Source: Dicyema japonicum | Lineage: Eukaryota; Animalia; Dicyemida | Direction: 5' to 3' | Assembly: GCA_011109175.1 (NCBI GenBank) | Contig: RDEW01000036.1 | Coordinates: 473,737-537,736, forward strand | DNA: 64,000 nucleotides | In this document: piece by piece, positions 24,150 through 37,749 of the stretch | Numbering within the stretch: position 1 is the stretch's first letter | How the letters are laid out: each line of letters opens with the position of its first letter | The notes under the pieces: generated by a model | Databases searched by the model: none | Told to the model about the DNA's origin: nothing | The model's input: the letters and a program-made list of their open reading frames with translations, nothing else | Program-made: the position numbers and the translations under genes

Positions 24150-25760
24150 ATACACAGCTGAAAATTTAAGCGTAGCGGCATGCGGTTCACCTGTTGTTGT
24201 GGTGGCGCCCGGTGCAAGTTATGCACTAAAGAGAACCGTTTGAACTTCTCCTCCACTCTACGTCCTTTGGAAGGGTGGCCTATTAACTTCAAATTGCTAC
24301 TCCAATCTGGCGACATCAAACCTATCCCGGGTCCTGATTCCACGCTGGTCATTCTCCAACTCAATGTCAATGAAATCCGTAATAAAGTGCTGGAGCTACG
24401 TTCCCTCTTGGCTCGTTTGAAAGTGGACATTGCCATTATTCAGGAGTCTAAACTCTCACGTCAGCCGCCACCCCACGCTTCCCTGGACACAATATACTCC
24501 GAAAGGACCGGAAAAGAAGTCTCGGTGGAGGATTATTGACGTTTGTTAGGGAGGGTCTTTTGTTCACCGATGTCACCCCGTTTATATCTTCTCTTGGCAA
24601 AGGAGACCCTTTTCTGGAACAAATCTCTATCGAAGTTCCTTTCTCATCCTCAAGACGTTTTACACTATGTAATATTTATATTCCACTCAGAAGTTCGTCG
24701 ACTTCCCTTATTCCAAAGATGTTCCAAACTTATCGAAACTTTTTGAACTGAAAGTCCTGGCATTATGCGGCGACCTAAATGCCAACTCTGGCTCCTGACA
24801 CAATCAGCTGACAGTCACGGAGAGTACATCCTTTCCTTACTTAATAATTTGACTATCCTCAATGATTCGTACGCTTACACAAGAACCCCGGCTTGCAGAA
24901 GGGACAGTCCAACATCCTCGGACCTGTCTTTCTGCTCTCCTTCTATGGCTGGATGTATTACATGGAATGTTCGTTATGGTTTCTCAAGCGACCATAACCC
25001 CATTGTGTTGAGACTTAGAAGGCCTATTTGTTCACTGTGTTGTTCTACAAAGTTCAAAAATTATTTGAAAGCTGACTGGCAAGGTTTCAAGGCGTATGTG
25101 GACAATAGTCTGTTTGACTTACTATGGTTAGTTGTACAGTAGATAAGACGGCCAAGATTTTCTCTGCTATCATTTTGAAAGCTGATAAACTATTTATACC
25201 TGTCGCCTCTTACATGAAGTTCAATCCAAGATTATCATCGCAAATTGTGTCACTCATCAAGAAACGAGATGCGCCGAAGAGAAAAAGAACGCAGTCCAAT
25301 AACTCTTTTATTCTATACGTTCACTGAATACTAAATTATCTGAGCTTATCCGAATTAATAACAGACTCAAATGGAGCCGTCTAGTTGGACGACTATGTCA
25401 CAAAAACTCTTGCGCCACATTTTCGGATAACGCTAAGAAGGATCAATAGCCTCATCAATTAGGAGGACTGCGGTACTGGGGCCGTCACTCGCAACGCTTC
25501 GGAACCTACTCGCAAACAAGATTATGAAGTACTACGTATCGATCATCCATAAAGATTTTTCTCGCTCTACACATGTGGAACGGCGCAGGCCGCAACAAAA
25601 ACCGCTTCACCCCATAATGTTGACAAGGCTATTTAAATTGCTAAGTCCCATCGTGCTTGTGGTCCCGACGGTATTTGCAGTATTCATCTCAAACACCTTG
25701 GATCTCAGGCACGAGCCATACTATCAAGACTGTACAACGATTTTCCTTATGGATCTTTAA
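24150..25760 (+). mobile_element. Ingi/Vingi-like LINE 5' part (2A-like peptide + APE + start of RT), degenerate
   Basis: LLLQSGDIKPIPGP is followed by ILQLNVN, VDIAIIQESKL, CNIYIP, CGDLN, SDHNPI, NYLKADW and GPDGI..HLKHLG. Confidence 0.8.
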
Positions 25761-25779
25761 TTCAGGATGCGACAAATAA

Positions 25780-26720
25780 CCTGCGGTTAATGGATGGCTA
25801 TGTCACAAAAACTTTGAAAGTTATGAGAAGGATTGATAGTGAGACCAAGTGATCGTTCCAGATATTGTAAGCTACGAATTTCAAGGTGATCTCTATGCCA
25901 TTTTAAAAACCCAGTGTAGATTTCAATGCTCAGTTCTGCATCTGCTATAGCTTTTGTATGTTGGTGAATGGTATCTTGAAAAGGCTTAATTAACAGTTGT
26001 CTTGATGAATTGCTTGAATACATGTGGTTATGTTGTCTGGTCCTTTAGCCTCTAAGTTGTTGACTTTGGATATGGATCTGCGAACATCCTGACTAATAAA
26101 TAGGATTTAGTCATCGGAGCGTTTCGGTTCAATCTTTTTCAGGAATACTTGGTGTTTTTTGAAAACTTCTTGTAGGATATAGACGTGTAGTATTTTATCA
26201 GAATGTCTGGTTTTATATAGACTTCGACTTTTCTCTCTGGGGAGGATCTTTTGATGTTCTTGATCCACTTCCAGACTGTCTGCATTAGGGGGTTTTTGCA
26301 GAGAGCCTTTGATAGTCTCGTCCATCTATTTGCATTTTCTGCCTTTATGTTATTGTCGATCTCTCTGTTCAATTCTCGAATTTTTCTGATGTTCTCTTCT
26401 GTTGGCGATTTTACCATTTTAAGATTATTTTGTTCTCTGATCAGATGTTTCGTCGTTGTGTTGAAACGTTTTGATGACGTAGGTTGTCTCCTCATAGGAA
26501 TGTACTTCTTTTTCGCAGCGTTTATGGTAGAGTTGAACCATTTTACTAATTGTTCGACGGAGGGAGGAGTGGAGAAATTTAATAGTCCAATGCAATTATC
26601 GACGTATTCCTTGAATTTTCTCCAATTCGCAAGGCTGTAATTAGTTATTGTTAGGCATTGTCCTTTTATCCGTGACCTCGTTTTGACCTCCAAAAATATT
26701 GGATTGTGGTCACTCCTGGT
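25780..26720 (-). mobile_element. Ingi/Vingi-like LINE fragment (APE-RT linker)
   Basis: SDHNPI, TNYSLANW..FKEYVD and GPDNITT motifs. Opposite orientation to the neighbouring copy. Confidence 0.7.
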
Positions 26721-26835
26721 GGATTGTGGTCACATTAAATAATTCAATACAATTAATGTCGGAAAATCTATTAAACAATTAAATAAAAAAAACTAAGCGA
26801 AAATTAACTTTTAATATTAAAAAATTATAGAAATA

Positions 26836-27128
26836 GCCGCGTGGCTCCATGTGTTGCTTCGTGGCTAATTAGTTGAAGTTACAGTTTCTGTTCCTCCTCT
26901 TTCTTCTTATTAGAGTGGCGTCATGTGATCCACCTGTCTTGGTGGCGCCCAGTGATAAAGGATCATTTGCTCTCCCCCACTCTACTGGAGGGTTTTCCAC
27001 AACTGCAACTATGGACGTCTTTTACCTTATGTTGATTTCTGGATGGACTGTTTCTGTAGAAGTGCAAACTGGATACACTTAATTAGTTGTTTACTTTAAC
27101 TTATTTCTCGGTGTATCCGGGGTTAATA
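26836..27128 (+). mobile_element. SINE-like element copy B
   Basis: Begins CCGCGTGGCTCCATGTG and ends GTATCCGGGGTTAATA. Short internal deletion relative to copies A and C. Confidence 0.8.
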
Positions 27129-27199
27129 GATAACAATATTAAAAGATTATTATTTTCTTATCCCTTTCCCTTACTAACTAAATTAAGTTCCATACCGTT

Positions 27200-27410
27200 A
27201 AAACTCCTACTCAAACATAAAACTTAAACCCTAACCTTAATCCCAAAACCCAATCTTTAGCTCTAATCCCTAAATATATACCCTAACGTTAAACCGTAAT
27301 TTTTATTCTTAAACCTAGTAATATAATAAAACCTATCTCTTAACCATCCATGTCTAATTCTAATTATAACCATAACTTTGACGAAATCAAATCCCTCTCC
27401 TAAAAATACC
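27200..27410 (+). repeat. Degenerate CCCTAA/ACCTAA-like tract
   Basis: AAACCCTAACCTTAATCCCAAAACCCAAT..TAATCCCTAA..ACCCTAAC with a strong C-over-G skew. Confidence 0.5.
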
Positions 27411-28049
27411 TAAGCGTGTAATTTTTTTTATTTTTAAACATTAATAAAGTTTTTTGTTAATTAAGAATAATAAAATATCATTAAAATAACACTCTATTCA
27501 TATTGACTGTTTTTTTTGCTACTTTATGTTTTTAAATATTAACGATTTTAAACTAAAAATTACACCATTCAACTCAGAAAAATCTGAAATATCCAGAGAA
27601 CTAATTTTTTATTTTCATTGGTTCTTGTGGAGTTCTACGTATGGCGGAGTTCCACGTACGGACGATGAAAATATATAAAGAAAAAAATAATAAATAAAAA
27701 GGGATCTTCCTACCTTTCTCCCTGACCAAATCCTCTAATAAAAATAGCATAATGAAAACTATCCGCTAAAGAATGAAGTGATGTCTGCGACAGTAGGACA
27801 TAATGTAGAAGAGAGGTTGAAAAGTAAAGACTTGCATAGTTAATTGTGGTTCGAATGAATTGTTCATATATGATGGTTAGGGTCTCTTTGCTTTGGCCGA
27901 AGGAATGGCCTGACACAGCTTTCAGTATGTTGAACTTGCGATAGGCATTTGTGAATTGTTCCTCCACATGTTTCGAGAAAGTTAGTAGGTGGTCGAAAAT
28001 GACTCAAGTATTTTGGCATGTTTCGTATTTGTCTGTATGCCTTGTTTTT

Positions 28050-29108
28050 GCAGATTCTTGTTCACTGATTTTTTTAATCTTCTAAAGAATTTTGATTTTC
28101 AATAAATGTTTTATTTTCCGTGTATTCTATATTTAAAAAATCTTCAACTTTGAGAGGATCGAAAATGTCTGTTCTTCTGATTATTGTGTCATTAATATCA
28201 ATTTCAAGAATTTCGTTATTGGAGTTATTAAAAACTTAGAAACAATTCCTGATCGTCTCTTGGGATACGTCTTCCCAATCCATTTTTGTAAAAAAGACCG
28301 TATCCCTTACATTCTATTTCTTGTAAGAATTATAGACCGAAATATTTTGAGTTTCCAATAATTTCGTCAAATAGATTAACTGGTATAATTACTTTAGAAA
28401 GATTTTATGATGCCAATATATATGGGTTGAAACAACCCATTACTATTTTTGGAAAAAACAATATTTTTATATATTCCAAATTCGGCGGGATACAATGCGC
28501 AGGGCAGTTGTCAATCAGTATTAAAATTCGTTTTTTTATTCTTGAGCCGAACATCAAAATTAATCAACTAATCCATAAATATAGATCCAGTCACCTAAGC
28601 TCTTTGTGAACTATAGTAAGAAACTGAGCATCTATAGTCATAATTTCGAAAACATCGAGGCATTTTTTTGTCTTGAAATCATCACTGGTTTTAACTTATG
28701 CGTTCCGCTCATGTTTGAACATAGCATAATTGAAATGGTCTTTAAAATTTTTGTAATTTTGAAATCTGTTTCTGCAGATGCTTTTCGATGAAATGAGCTT
28801 ATAGTAAAACCCAGTTTCATCCAGATTATAGATTTGGTAAAGTTTATATGCTTTTGAAATTTCTTTAAATTCTTCAAGAATGGATTCAACGTCGACAGAT
28901 TCATCAGTTTGCATTTCCCCGTGTAACTTGTGCATTCTGAATCCGTGTCTCTTTTTGAATTTATCCAAGAATCCATTAGAATTTTTTGAACCGTCCGAGA
29001 AAGGAATTGAAAGACATGTGTTAAATAAATTTTTATTATTAAAAAATTTAAAAATTGTAAAAATTGTGGCCAATTTAAAAATAGGTCAATTTGCGAGGGT
29101 CGAGTGTA
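28050..29108 (-). mobile_element. pogo/Tigger transposase remnant
   Basis: SNGFLDKFKKRHG, KLHGE, IYNLDETGFYY, KLKPVMI and LILTTAL/DNCPAH-type motifs. Terminal TA-CACTCGACCCTCGC on the minus strand at ~29108. Confidence 0.8.
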
Positions 29109-29373
29109 TTTGTTTATAACGAGTAAATTAACTAATTAAGCGGATTGTGATCCAGATTGTTGGTAATCCCTCTTCTTCTCTTCTCTTAGAAGAAGAGTGT
29201 GCCATCAACTCCCTCTTATTCCCTATCTACACATCAGAGTCAGTCGAAATATCTCTATAAAATCCAGTGGGATGTCTTCACGGAATGCCAGTACCACAAG
29301 TTGAGTAGTAGTAGAGGTGTATTCTTCATCAGATTTCAAAATACCTTGATATTTCAAAGGCTATACGTAAACT

Positions 29374-32300
29374 GATATTCAAGGCTATACGTATTTTGGT
29401 TGAGGTGGTGACGTCCCTCTATAGCACATATGTCTAATACGTATTTGAATAATCCTTACTGGTTTTCTACCCTTACCTTCAATGCCAGGGGCCTTAATGA
29501 CTGGTCGAAGAGGCACCAACTATGTCTGGACCTTGCAAAATATGGATGCTCTGTTTGCTGTCTCCAAGAGACGAAGCTCAGAAAAGGACTCGATGAAAAC
29601 CTTGGAGACTACAGACTAATCCTCCTTCCATCGTACTGTAAACACTATGGACAGGGTTTCGCTGTTCACAAGAATTTGCTCCCCAGATTACATCGATATT
29701 GGAAAATTGATGACAGGATATGTGTTATTCAATTTTTTATTGGACCCAAAGGGAAGTCCAGGCAACTAATTTCCATTGTGAACGTGTACGCCCCACATAG
29801 TGGCCGTGTTTCCAAAAACCCAGAGGAATTGGACGTTTTCTACGAAGAACTTGTCGAGGTCGTATCTTCTCTGAAGTTTTCATCGTTCCTCTTTATCGCT
29901 GGTGATTGGAATGCTAAAGCTGGGGTACATCAAGGACACGAACGTTTTATTGGACCACATGGAAGGGGGATCAGGAACTATTCTGGTACTGCTCTGGCAT
30001 ATTTCTGCGAATCCTTTGATTTATTCCTGTGCAATACTCAATTCCAACATTCCGCACGCCACAAGACAACGTGGATGGGCACTAGACTATCGACCACCGG
30101 AAATCTGATAAGGATTTATAATCAGATCGATTATATTCTGTGTCGAGTAAAAGACAAATCTCTCTTACGGGACTCGAGATCTTATGGAGGACTAACTGTT
30201 AACAGTGATCACAAAATTGTGTCAGCAAGATTCAGCTTAAGACTTGGTCCAACTGCGGAGGAGTTCCTCTACGGGATAACTAATAGAAGATGCTTCTTCC
30301 AAACACATCGTGGTGGAGATTCCACGCGATCAAGAAGGTATATGACTGAACTCTTGGGCTCTTCACCAAAAGTACAAGCAGACTATAAAGAATGTGTATC
30401 GGATTCAATTAATAATACGGCATCGGATCTTTCACCAGGAAAGGCATGGCTCGAAACTAGAGAGGGATCATTTCCGCTGCTGACAAACATTTGGGGGAAC
30501 TTAAACCCCATAGCAGTCAGCGTCACCCGGAAGTGTCAGCCCTATTGAATTTGCAGAAGAACTTAAGGCTTAGATCCGAAAATACTGTCGATCCTCAGAC
30601 TGTTTGCAAACTGAAACAAGAACGAAGGCAAATTGAGAGAAAAATCAAACTCCTAAACAGACTACATCACACTAGTCAGTTGGAAAGCAAGATCAGAGAG
30701 GTAGAAAACCTTAAAGACAATGCTGCGACATTCATGGCTATACGACTAATACGGAGGAAGAGCCAATCAGTGAAACTTATTTTGCATGACAGAAATGGAA
30801 AAACAATAGGAAATGTTGCAGAACAGACAGAGTTCATAGCATCGCATATTGAACAACTGTTCTTTGTAAAAGGAGAAAAATCAGATTTCACGCCTAAGAA
30901 CACAACACTTGAACGGATCATTTCACCGGAGGAGGTTTGCATGGCGATAAGGAAACTTAAATCTGGGCGCTCTCCAGGACCAGATAATATACCATCTGAA
31001 TTGCTAAAATTTGGCCCTCCAGAACTTGCAGATAAACTCTCAAAATTGCTGAATGACATGATAGAAAACAAGGACTTTTCAGAAATTGGAAAGGGGATAC
31101 TAGTACCAGTTCAAAAAGGTAATAAACCCCCTGGGCCAGTTGAAAACCTGCGCCCTGTCATCCTTCTAAACACCTTAAGGAAGATCCTTGCCCTAATTAC
31201 TCTTAATCGGATCCAAGAGCCGGTGGACGGGTACTTGGCCCAGAGCCAGAGTGGTTTTAGGACAGGGAGATCAACGGCTGATGTAGTATGGTGCCATAGA
31301 TGGCAATGTGCTATTCAACAAAGATTCCGGAGCTCAAAGACTATCCTTGGAATTGATCTGACCAGAGCTTTCGACACTGTCCGTCGGGGAAAACTCATTG
31401 AAGTGCTTGAAAGTTTCCTGGATAAGGACTCGGTTATTCTGATACGGATACTCTTATCAAACACGAGGTTACGAGTGCGTATTGGAAAATGTTTGTCACG
31501 GGAAATTATTTCAACAGTGGGCACACCCCAAGGAGATTCCCTTTCCCCAGTATTGTTTGCTATATACCTTGAATCGGCTCTGCAAGACCTCCGGAAGTAT
31601 TACAACAATGATATTATGGAGATCGTGTATGCCGATGATGTTGACTTTATCTCGACTGACAAAGAAGCACTCTTACGTCTCTTGGAGGTTGCATCAGGCT
31701 GTTTGGCCAAATGGTGTCTATCACTGAATGTTCAGAAAACGGATATTGTTGAAATTAAGCGGATGGAACTACGCAATAGTGAATGTTGGAGGAAGACCGT
31801 AAAGCTTGGCTCTCTTCTCGGAGACTCCGAAGACATTGCAAGAAGAAAATTGTTATCTACGGTTACTATGCAAAAACTTATGAAATGTTGGATAAGAAAA
31901 TGCTCGGTCGGGCCATCACTCCGACTCAGGTTGTATGAGGCGTTCGTGAGGCCCATACTAACATACAACTCTGGGACGTGGGGAATTTCGAAAACGGACG
32001 AACAAAACCTTGACTCCTTTCACAGAAGGCAACTTCGGTCTCTCTTGGGACTAAAGTGGCCAATGCGTGTAGGGAGTGAAAATTTATATAGAAGATGCGG
32101 TTCCGGACCTCTGAGCACCATGATCATGAAGGCTCGCTGGAGATTGTTTGGCCATATTCTCAGATTGGAACAAGACACGCCAGCAAACGTCGTCATGGAA
32201 GAATACTTCGATACGTCAGGGGAGAAGTTCAGAGGTCGTCCAAGAATAACTCTTCCGGAAGTCCTTAATGGTGACCTGAGATCAGTAACCAGACTACTAA

Positions 32301-32443
32301 AGGACGGTGAAGACCTTAGTAGTCTGCGGCACTTGGCATCGGACAGGAGGGGATGGGAAAGGCTAATTAAGAGGATTGTTCAGACGCGGCACGAATAGAA
32401 TTATAGTTTATATGATTCTATGTAGTTGCTTATAATAATAATA
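29374..32443 (+). mobile_element. Near-intact RTE-clade LINE with 11-bp TSD
   Basis: TSD ATACGTAAACT at 29363-29373 and 32444-32454, and a (TAA)n tail. Inserted into a hAT dimerisation-domain fragment (KAIRKL|LPFP), whose uninterrupted paralogue is at ~10.3 kb. Confidence 0.92.
29430..32398 (+). CDS. RTE APE endonuclease-reverse transcriptase polyprotein (~990 aa, one frameshift)
   Basis: APE: TFNARG, CLQET, NVYAP, AGDWNAK, NQIDYI, NSDH. RT: LRPVIL, QSGFR, DLTRAFD, GTPQGDSLSP, YADD, WRLFGHILR. The two ORFs fuse if one G is added in GAGAGGGATC at ~30465. Confidence 0.9.
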
Positions 32444-32529
32444 ATACGTAAACTATTACCTTTTCCAGCGAATTACTTATGAGTCTGGGTTTTCAATATA
32501 TACATCTTGGGAACCACTGATTTAGAGAT

Positions 32530-33030
32530 CCTTATTATTATTATTCTTATTATTATTATTATAAGCACTTATCGCTATGTCATAGGACTTGACAAAGCAT
32601 GTGCAACACGAGTTAGCAAAGCACTGGTTAGTTTCATCCACTTTTTCCTATTCAAAGCCTCAGTGCGCAACCAGTCAAGATCCTCTCCACTTCCAAGATG
32701 CCGTCCCATTTCTTTGAGGTCCTCGTCGAGAACGACTGCCAGTGTCGTCCTTGGGCGACCATGGAAACGGGGGGCCTCCAACATGAAGTAATCCTCCATG
32801 GCTACGTTCGCGGGGGCATCTAGGTCCAGTCGCAGAATATGGCCGAAAAGCCTCCATCGTGTATCCAGAATCTCATTAGAAATTTCTGAGGTCTTCGTCC
32901 TCTTATAAAGAAGATTAGATGACATCCTCGTATCACTTCTTTCGAACATCATATGCCCTAGTTGGTATCTATGAAACGCATTAAGCCTCTTCAGTTCATT
33001 TCTTGAGCAGGCCCAGGTACCAGCCATCCT
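32530..33030 (-). mobile_element. 5'-truncated RTE copy with (AAT)n tail
   Basis: RWRLFGHILRLDLDAPANVAMEDYF..GRPRTTL, with TTA repeats at 32532-32560. Confidence 0.85.
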
Positions 33031-34619
33031 TGTTACGTAATAAATTGTTTTATATTAAAAACATTACATCCATAAATTGAAAATAATTAATATTTTTATT
33101 CAGTTTATAATGAATTATTAATTATTTAATTTAAAAATATAAAATCTTATCCTTTTTGTTGTGTATGTCAAATCAGAATCGACCCAATCCCGACATACAC
33201 TCAAGAATGTATAATCAGTCTCAAAATGACCCCTCGTATGTTTCTCCAACAATTCAACGCACTCAATCGGAAATGAATAACTATGAGAACGATATTCAAA
33301 GTAAAGCAATATATTATAGCACTAGGAGTACTAAAGTGTCGCACATTCTTCACCAATCTAATTTCCCTGTGTAATAACGAGCAATACAAAGGTAAACAAA
33401 CCATGATTATTGACTATATCCAACGACTCATAGTATTACCTATTTATTATCATAGAACAACGAAATCGACGTTCTTTCATTTATGAATATGCTTAAATCT
33501 AACTTTAAGACAGAGGCCTCTTTCATAGACATTGAAATACTTATTAAGGTGGTTATTAGTCTCATAGTAGGACTCCATTAACTCCATTAGGAGGTCTTTA
33601 CTATCAGGAAACGTGGAAATCTCTGGAATTCGGCCTCCCCCACACTTATTCGGTTATAGACCGTCCAGACCTGTGCAGTTACCTCAAAGACTGGAAGAAC
33701 CAAGAGATGAGGTAGAATCTATGGACAGAAGAGATTGGAGTCAAGTTCGACCTGATATGGAAGACTGTGTTGAGATAACAGAGAACTGTAACAGAGGTAT
33801 TCCACATAACTACCAAGAGGAGTTATTTCTAGTTGCAGATGTGCTTCTTAAACGATTCACAGCTATAGGTAGTGATCCTAGTAAACTTAGCTGGGCAGTT
33901 CAACATTCAGGAGATCCCATTGGAGACCATGAATTTACTATCACGTGCAACACAGTGTTTTATGAGGCAGATTGTTGAACAGGCCATTGTGGTCTCAGAA
34001 CTAAGAGCTGACAAGCATATTGTAGATATTTATATTTAAGTTAGAACGACCCAAGGTATGAGATGGTGGATGACGTGAAGGCCCAATTGCGCTGTATTGA
34101 TGACTATAATGAATTGGAGCATCGAAGGAGGGAGGAATCGACTATGGAGAGTTTAAATAAGGCTTCAAAGGTTGTCTTTCTTATTATTGAAGAGTCGGGC
34201 GAGGACATCTGATCCTGAATTTTTGGAGATGAAGAAGAAAGTGAAGAAAGTAGTACTGTAGTGAGACTTGCAGTGGCAACAAGAACACGAGGATTTGTTA
34301 AGAAACAAGGAGTCAAATGAGACAGCTTTGGCAGCGTTGGGACAGAGAAAAAGACTAAGTTCAATGAGAATGGGGGATCAGTTTGGTAATCAGAGTGTTA
34401 GTTTGTGATAATATGTTTGTAGAAAGTTAAGAAAATATCAATGAGGGATATTTTTGCTTGTTTTAAAGAAGGAAGAATATCCTATTAGTAATAATACTAA
34501 GTTTAATATACTCTTTTCATCATAAATTATGGTGGTATTACATTAACTGTATTTGGGTTACTTATAAATTTTGACTTTGAATTATTTACTTTTTCAAATT
34601 TACCTGCGGGAATAAAGTT

Positions 34620-35050
34620 GTATAAGTAAATCAAAATCTTCATCATGGGTAGCTCACTAATTAATGACGATCATCAACGTAACTGATTTTAAAGGCAAAA
34701 TTTTTCTCATTTCCAGCCCTTTCTCTGGAAGCAGTTTTTCTATGTGCTCAAGAAATTCATAGTTGGATCGAGAAGTGGAGAGTGAGGGGTAGTGGAACAT
34801 GGAGATTTGGTACTTCAATAAATTCTTTAATGTCCGTATAATTATGAATACGGGCTTTTAAGGATTTTAGAAAAATTAATCATTGATATAACAACTGATA
34901 TATTTCTGGTTCTGATGGCATCTACAGGAATGTAGGCAAAAAATCCTGAAACTTCTTCCACGTCTTGGTCTTTAGGATACTGAAAATCCGACCTCATGAG
35001 TTTTGAGATGTTCTTTTATATCCAATGAAAGTAATGCTAATGAAGAAAAA
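34620..35050 (-). mobile_element. Tc1/IS630-like transposase remnant
   Basis: Eroded EVGFSVS, ARIHNY and LPxHSPLLDP (cf. DExGF, DNARIH, PPYSPxLNPIE). Confidence 0.5.
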
Positions 35051-35999
35051 CCTAATAAAAATAATCCGAAAGATGGAGTTTTCGGCGAATTCTCGTCAAA
35101 TGAATCCCACCCGTGAGGCAACAAGTCCTCTGGCACGTTGAAAGGGATCTTCTTACCTTCTCCCTAATCAAATCCACTGGTGAAGATTGCCATTATCAAA
35201 ACTCTTACGCCGAAGAATAAAGTGATGTCCGCTACGGTAGGACGTGTGATGATTGAAAAGGAGGAACTTCCCATCGAAAGATCAAAGGCCATCCACCACG
35301 AGGTACTCTCATCAGTCGTGTTGGAGCAGCCTGAACCACGTCATAGACATACTTGACATTGTCTCCCCGCTTTACTTATAGATGATTGTAGAGAAGGTTA
35401 TTCATAGATATTGGTAATGTTTATAGAAAGCAACATGAGCGTCATCGAAAGAATATTGATTATTATTCTTATATAAATAAAATTTATTAATATTTATTAC
35501 AATGAGAAAGTTAATAAGGAAATTGAAAATTGACTTTTTAAGTAAGAATAAACCAGGTAATAAAAGATACCTCACTCAAAAATATGATGTTGATAAAATA
35601 TCAGAAACAAGGGACAAAACCAAAATTGAAAACTATATAATCCAACAAATTCAACAAATTAGAAATGTAAGGTTTATATTATTTTAAGGATTTTGAGGAT
35701 GAAGAATTAGAATCGTGCATATCAGAAATGTGGAATTGTAACAACTATAAAGAAATAGAAAATTTTATAAGAGTAAATATGATTTTTATTGTTTAGAGTA
35801 AAACCACTGATATTACAAATACAGAAGACTTGGATGTATTCATTTAGTATTTATTATAGAATGTAATTAAACAAATTATAATACACATACAAAGGTCATC
35901 AATTAAATTGAATGGTTAATTCACTAATTTATCATTTTAATGACTAATCAAATTATTTGTAATTCAATTAATCAATATGACATTTATTAGAGAGTAATT

Positions 36000-37700
36000 C
36001 AGATTACAACCCAGACATTTATTTCTTAAGATTTATTGTAATTCCGAATAACCAATCTATCTCCTGGACAAATTCCATAAAAATCGAAGCTAGTCAAAAA
36101 AGGGCTTCCAAAATTACAAAAGATGGACTTCTGGAAAGTCCCAGTCTCCAATGCCTCTCGAATCTTTAATACTTAAGAACAGAGAAACGTGCCGTTTGCC
36201 ACTACCAGAAACCAGTTACACGGCCGATGCTTACTTGCGCTGGTTCATGTGAGGATCATCATGCCAAACTGAAGTTTCTTTTGGAGCGTGGTGAGATCAG
36301 GTGATTAGTTAATTTGTGTACCGTGTTCTTTAGAATTTATTATTATTAAAGGTCCAAGTCCATAAATATTCTTTGTTATTCTAAATTTCATAATGAGACC
36401 ACCGGATTCTCAGAATATAATGATCAAATTGGATCTCCCGTTGCCTTTAATAGTATTCGCAACGACGGAATCATTGAAATGTGGCTATCAGGATTCCTAA
36501 AATAAGGAGAATAATAAACCTCTCATAAGGTTTACATCACTCATTGATTTTTGGACACTATATTCTGAAATCCATGACACGAGTGTTACAAGGTGACCCA
36601 TTCGGACCTTTGCTCTTTTCCCTGGGAATTAACCCCGCTGCTTCGTCAATTAGAGCTCCATTGAATATGGCACAATTGGATGAGATTGGAAAACGGTGGT
36701 TACGTAAATAATCTCTTCTTTCGCATGCCTTGGACTATTGCTAAATCCTTCCAAATGCGAGATTCTCAATGTTGATTGCACTGAAAAAGAATTCTCTTAA
36801 ACCTCTCGATACGGTTTCTGCCTTCCTTCCGGAGATATCAGTCATTGAGAGAGATGATGTTATTTTCCTAGGATCCCCTCCATGCTATAGAAAAGTGTCA
36901 TCTATCCTATATAAAAAATTGAGTCTGAAGAACTTTTCTTCAACAACCAATGCTACTTGAGTCCACTATTTTTCTTACGTAACTTTCATCTTGTGTCACG
37001 AGTATTGTTTTTATTGCGAACTTCCGGATGTTTCGCGAATACAGATGTATTGGAAAGGATTGATAACAAGATAATGACTACAATAGAGAAGGTATTAAAT
37101 AATTTTTCTCAATGGCACCGGGTGGTTGCAGTGTAGCTCCCAATTTGATTTGGAAGAGTTGGGATCCGATTACCGATGGAATTGGCTCTTTCAGCGTTTC
37201 TGAGTTAGGTCAATTCCCCTAACAATTTAGTGCACCAGATCCTACCCTACCTAAACGGATCTCGGCTGGACTATTAGAGTGTTTGGTCAAGAAACTTGTA
37301 CTCTCTTAATAGATCCCCGAATCATCCTATGAAACAAAGTGACTTGGATGAACAGCTCTTCATACATACCATCTCGCATCCTTGACTCTGCATCAGCAGG
37401 CGATAGCGGTGGTTTGTTGAGAGCCCTCCCGTGCGCCTTCCTCAGGACTGTCCTTGACAATTATTCCACAAGGATAAGAGTGTGCGTTTGACTCGTTCTA
37501 TATGTTTGTGTAGCTCACCGTTACAGATGCGGAAGGATTGTCGGCGTTACGGACCTTCACGCCCTCTCGTACAAGAGAAGCGCGGGAAGGAGTTGAGAGC
37601 TATTGTGAGTGTACTGGATTGCATAGGATTGGGATTAGCAAACAAGATGCCTGACTGGACCACTCTTTTTTTGTGGTAAATTGGGAAATATCACGCTTGG
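36000..37700 (+). mobile_element. CRE-like non-LTR retrotransposon, degenerate
   Basis: LQGDPFGPLLFSLGI, GLLLNPSKCE, FLGSP, GIRLPMELALSAFL and LRALP..LDN motifs. Confidence 0.65.
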
Positions 37701-37749
37701 ACTGTTAATTCTGCATACGACTTCTCTCTCTCTCCAACCTTGCTATGAT

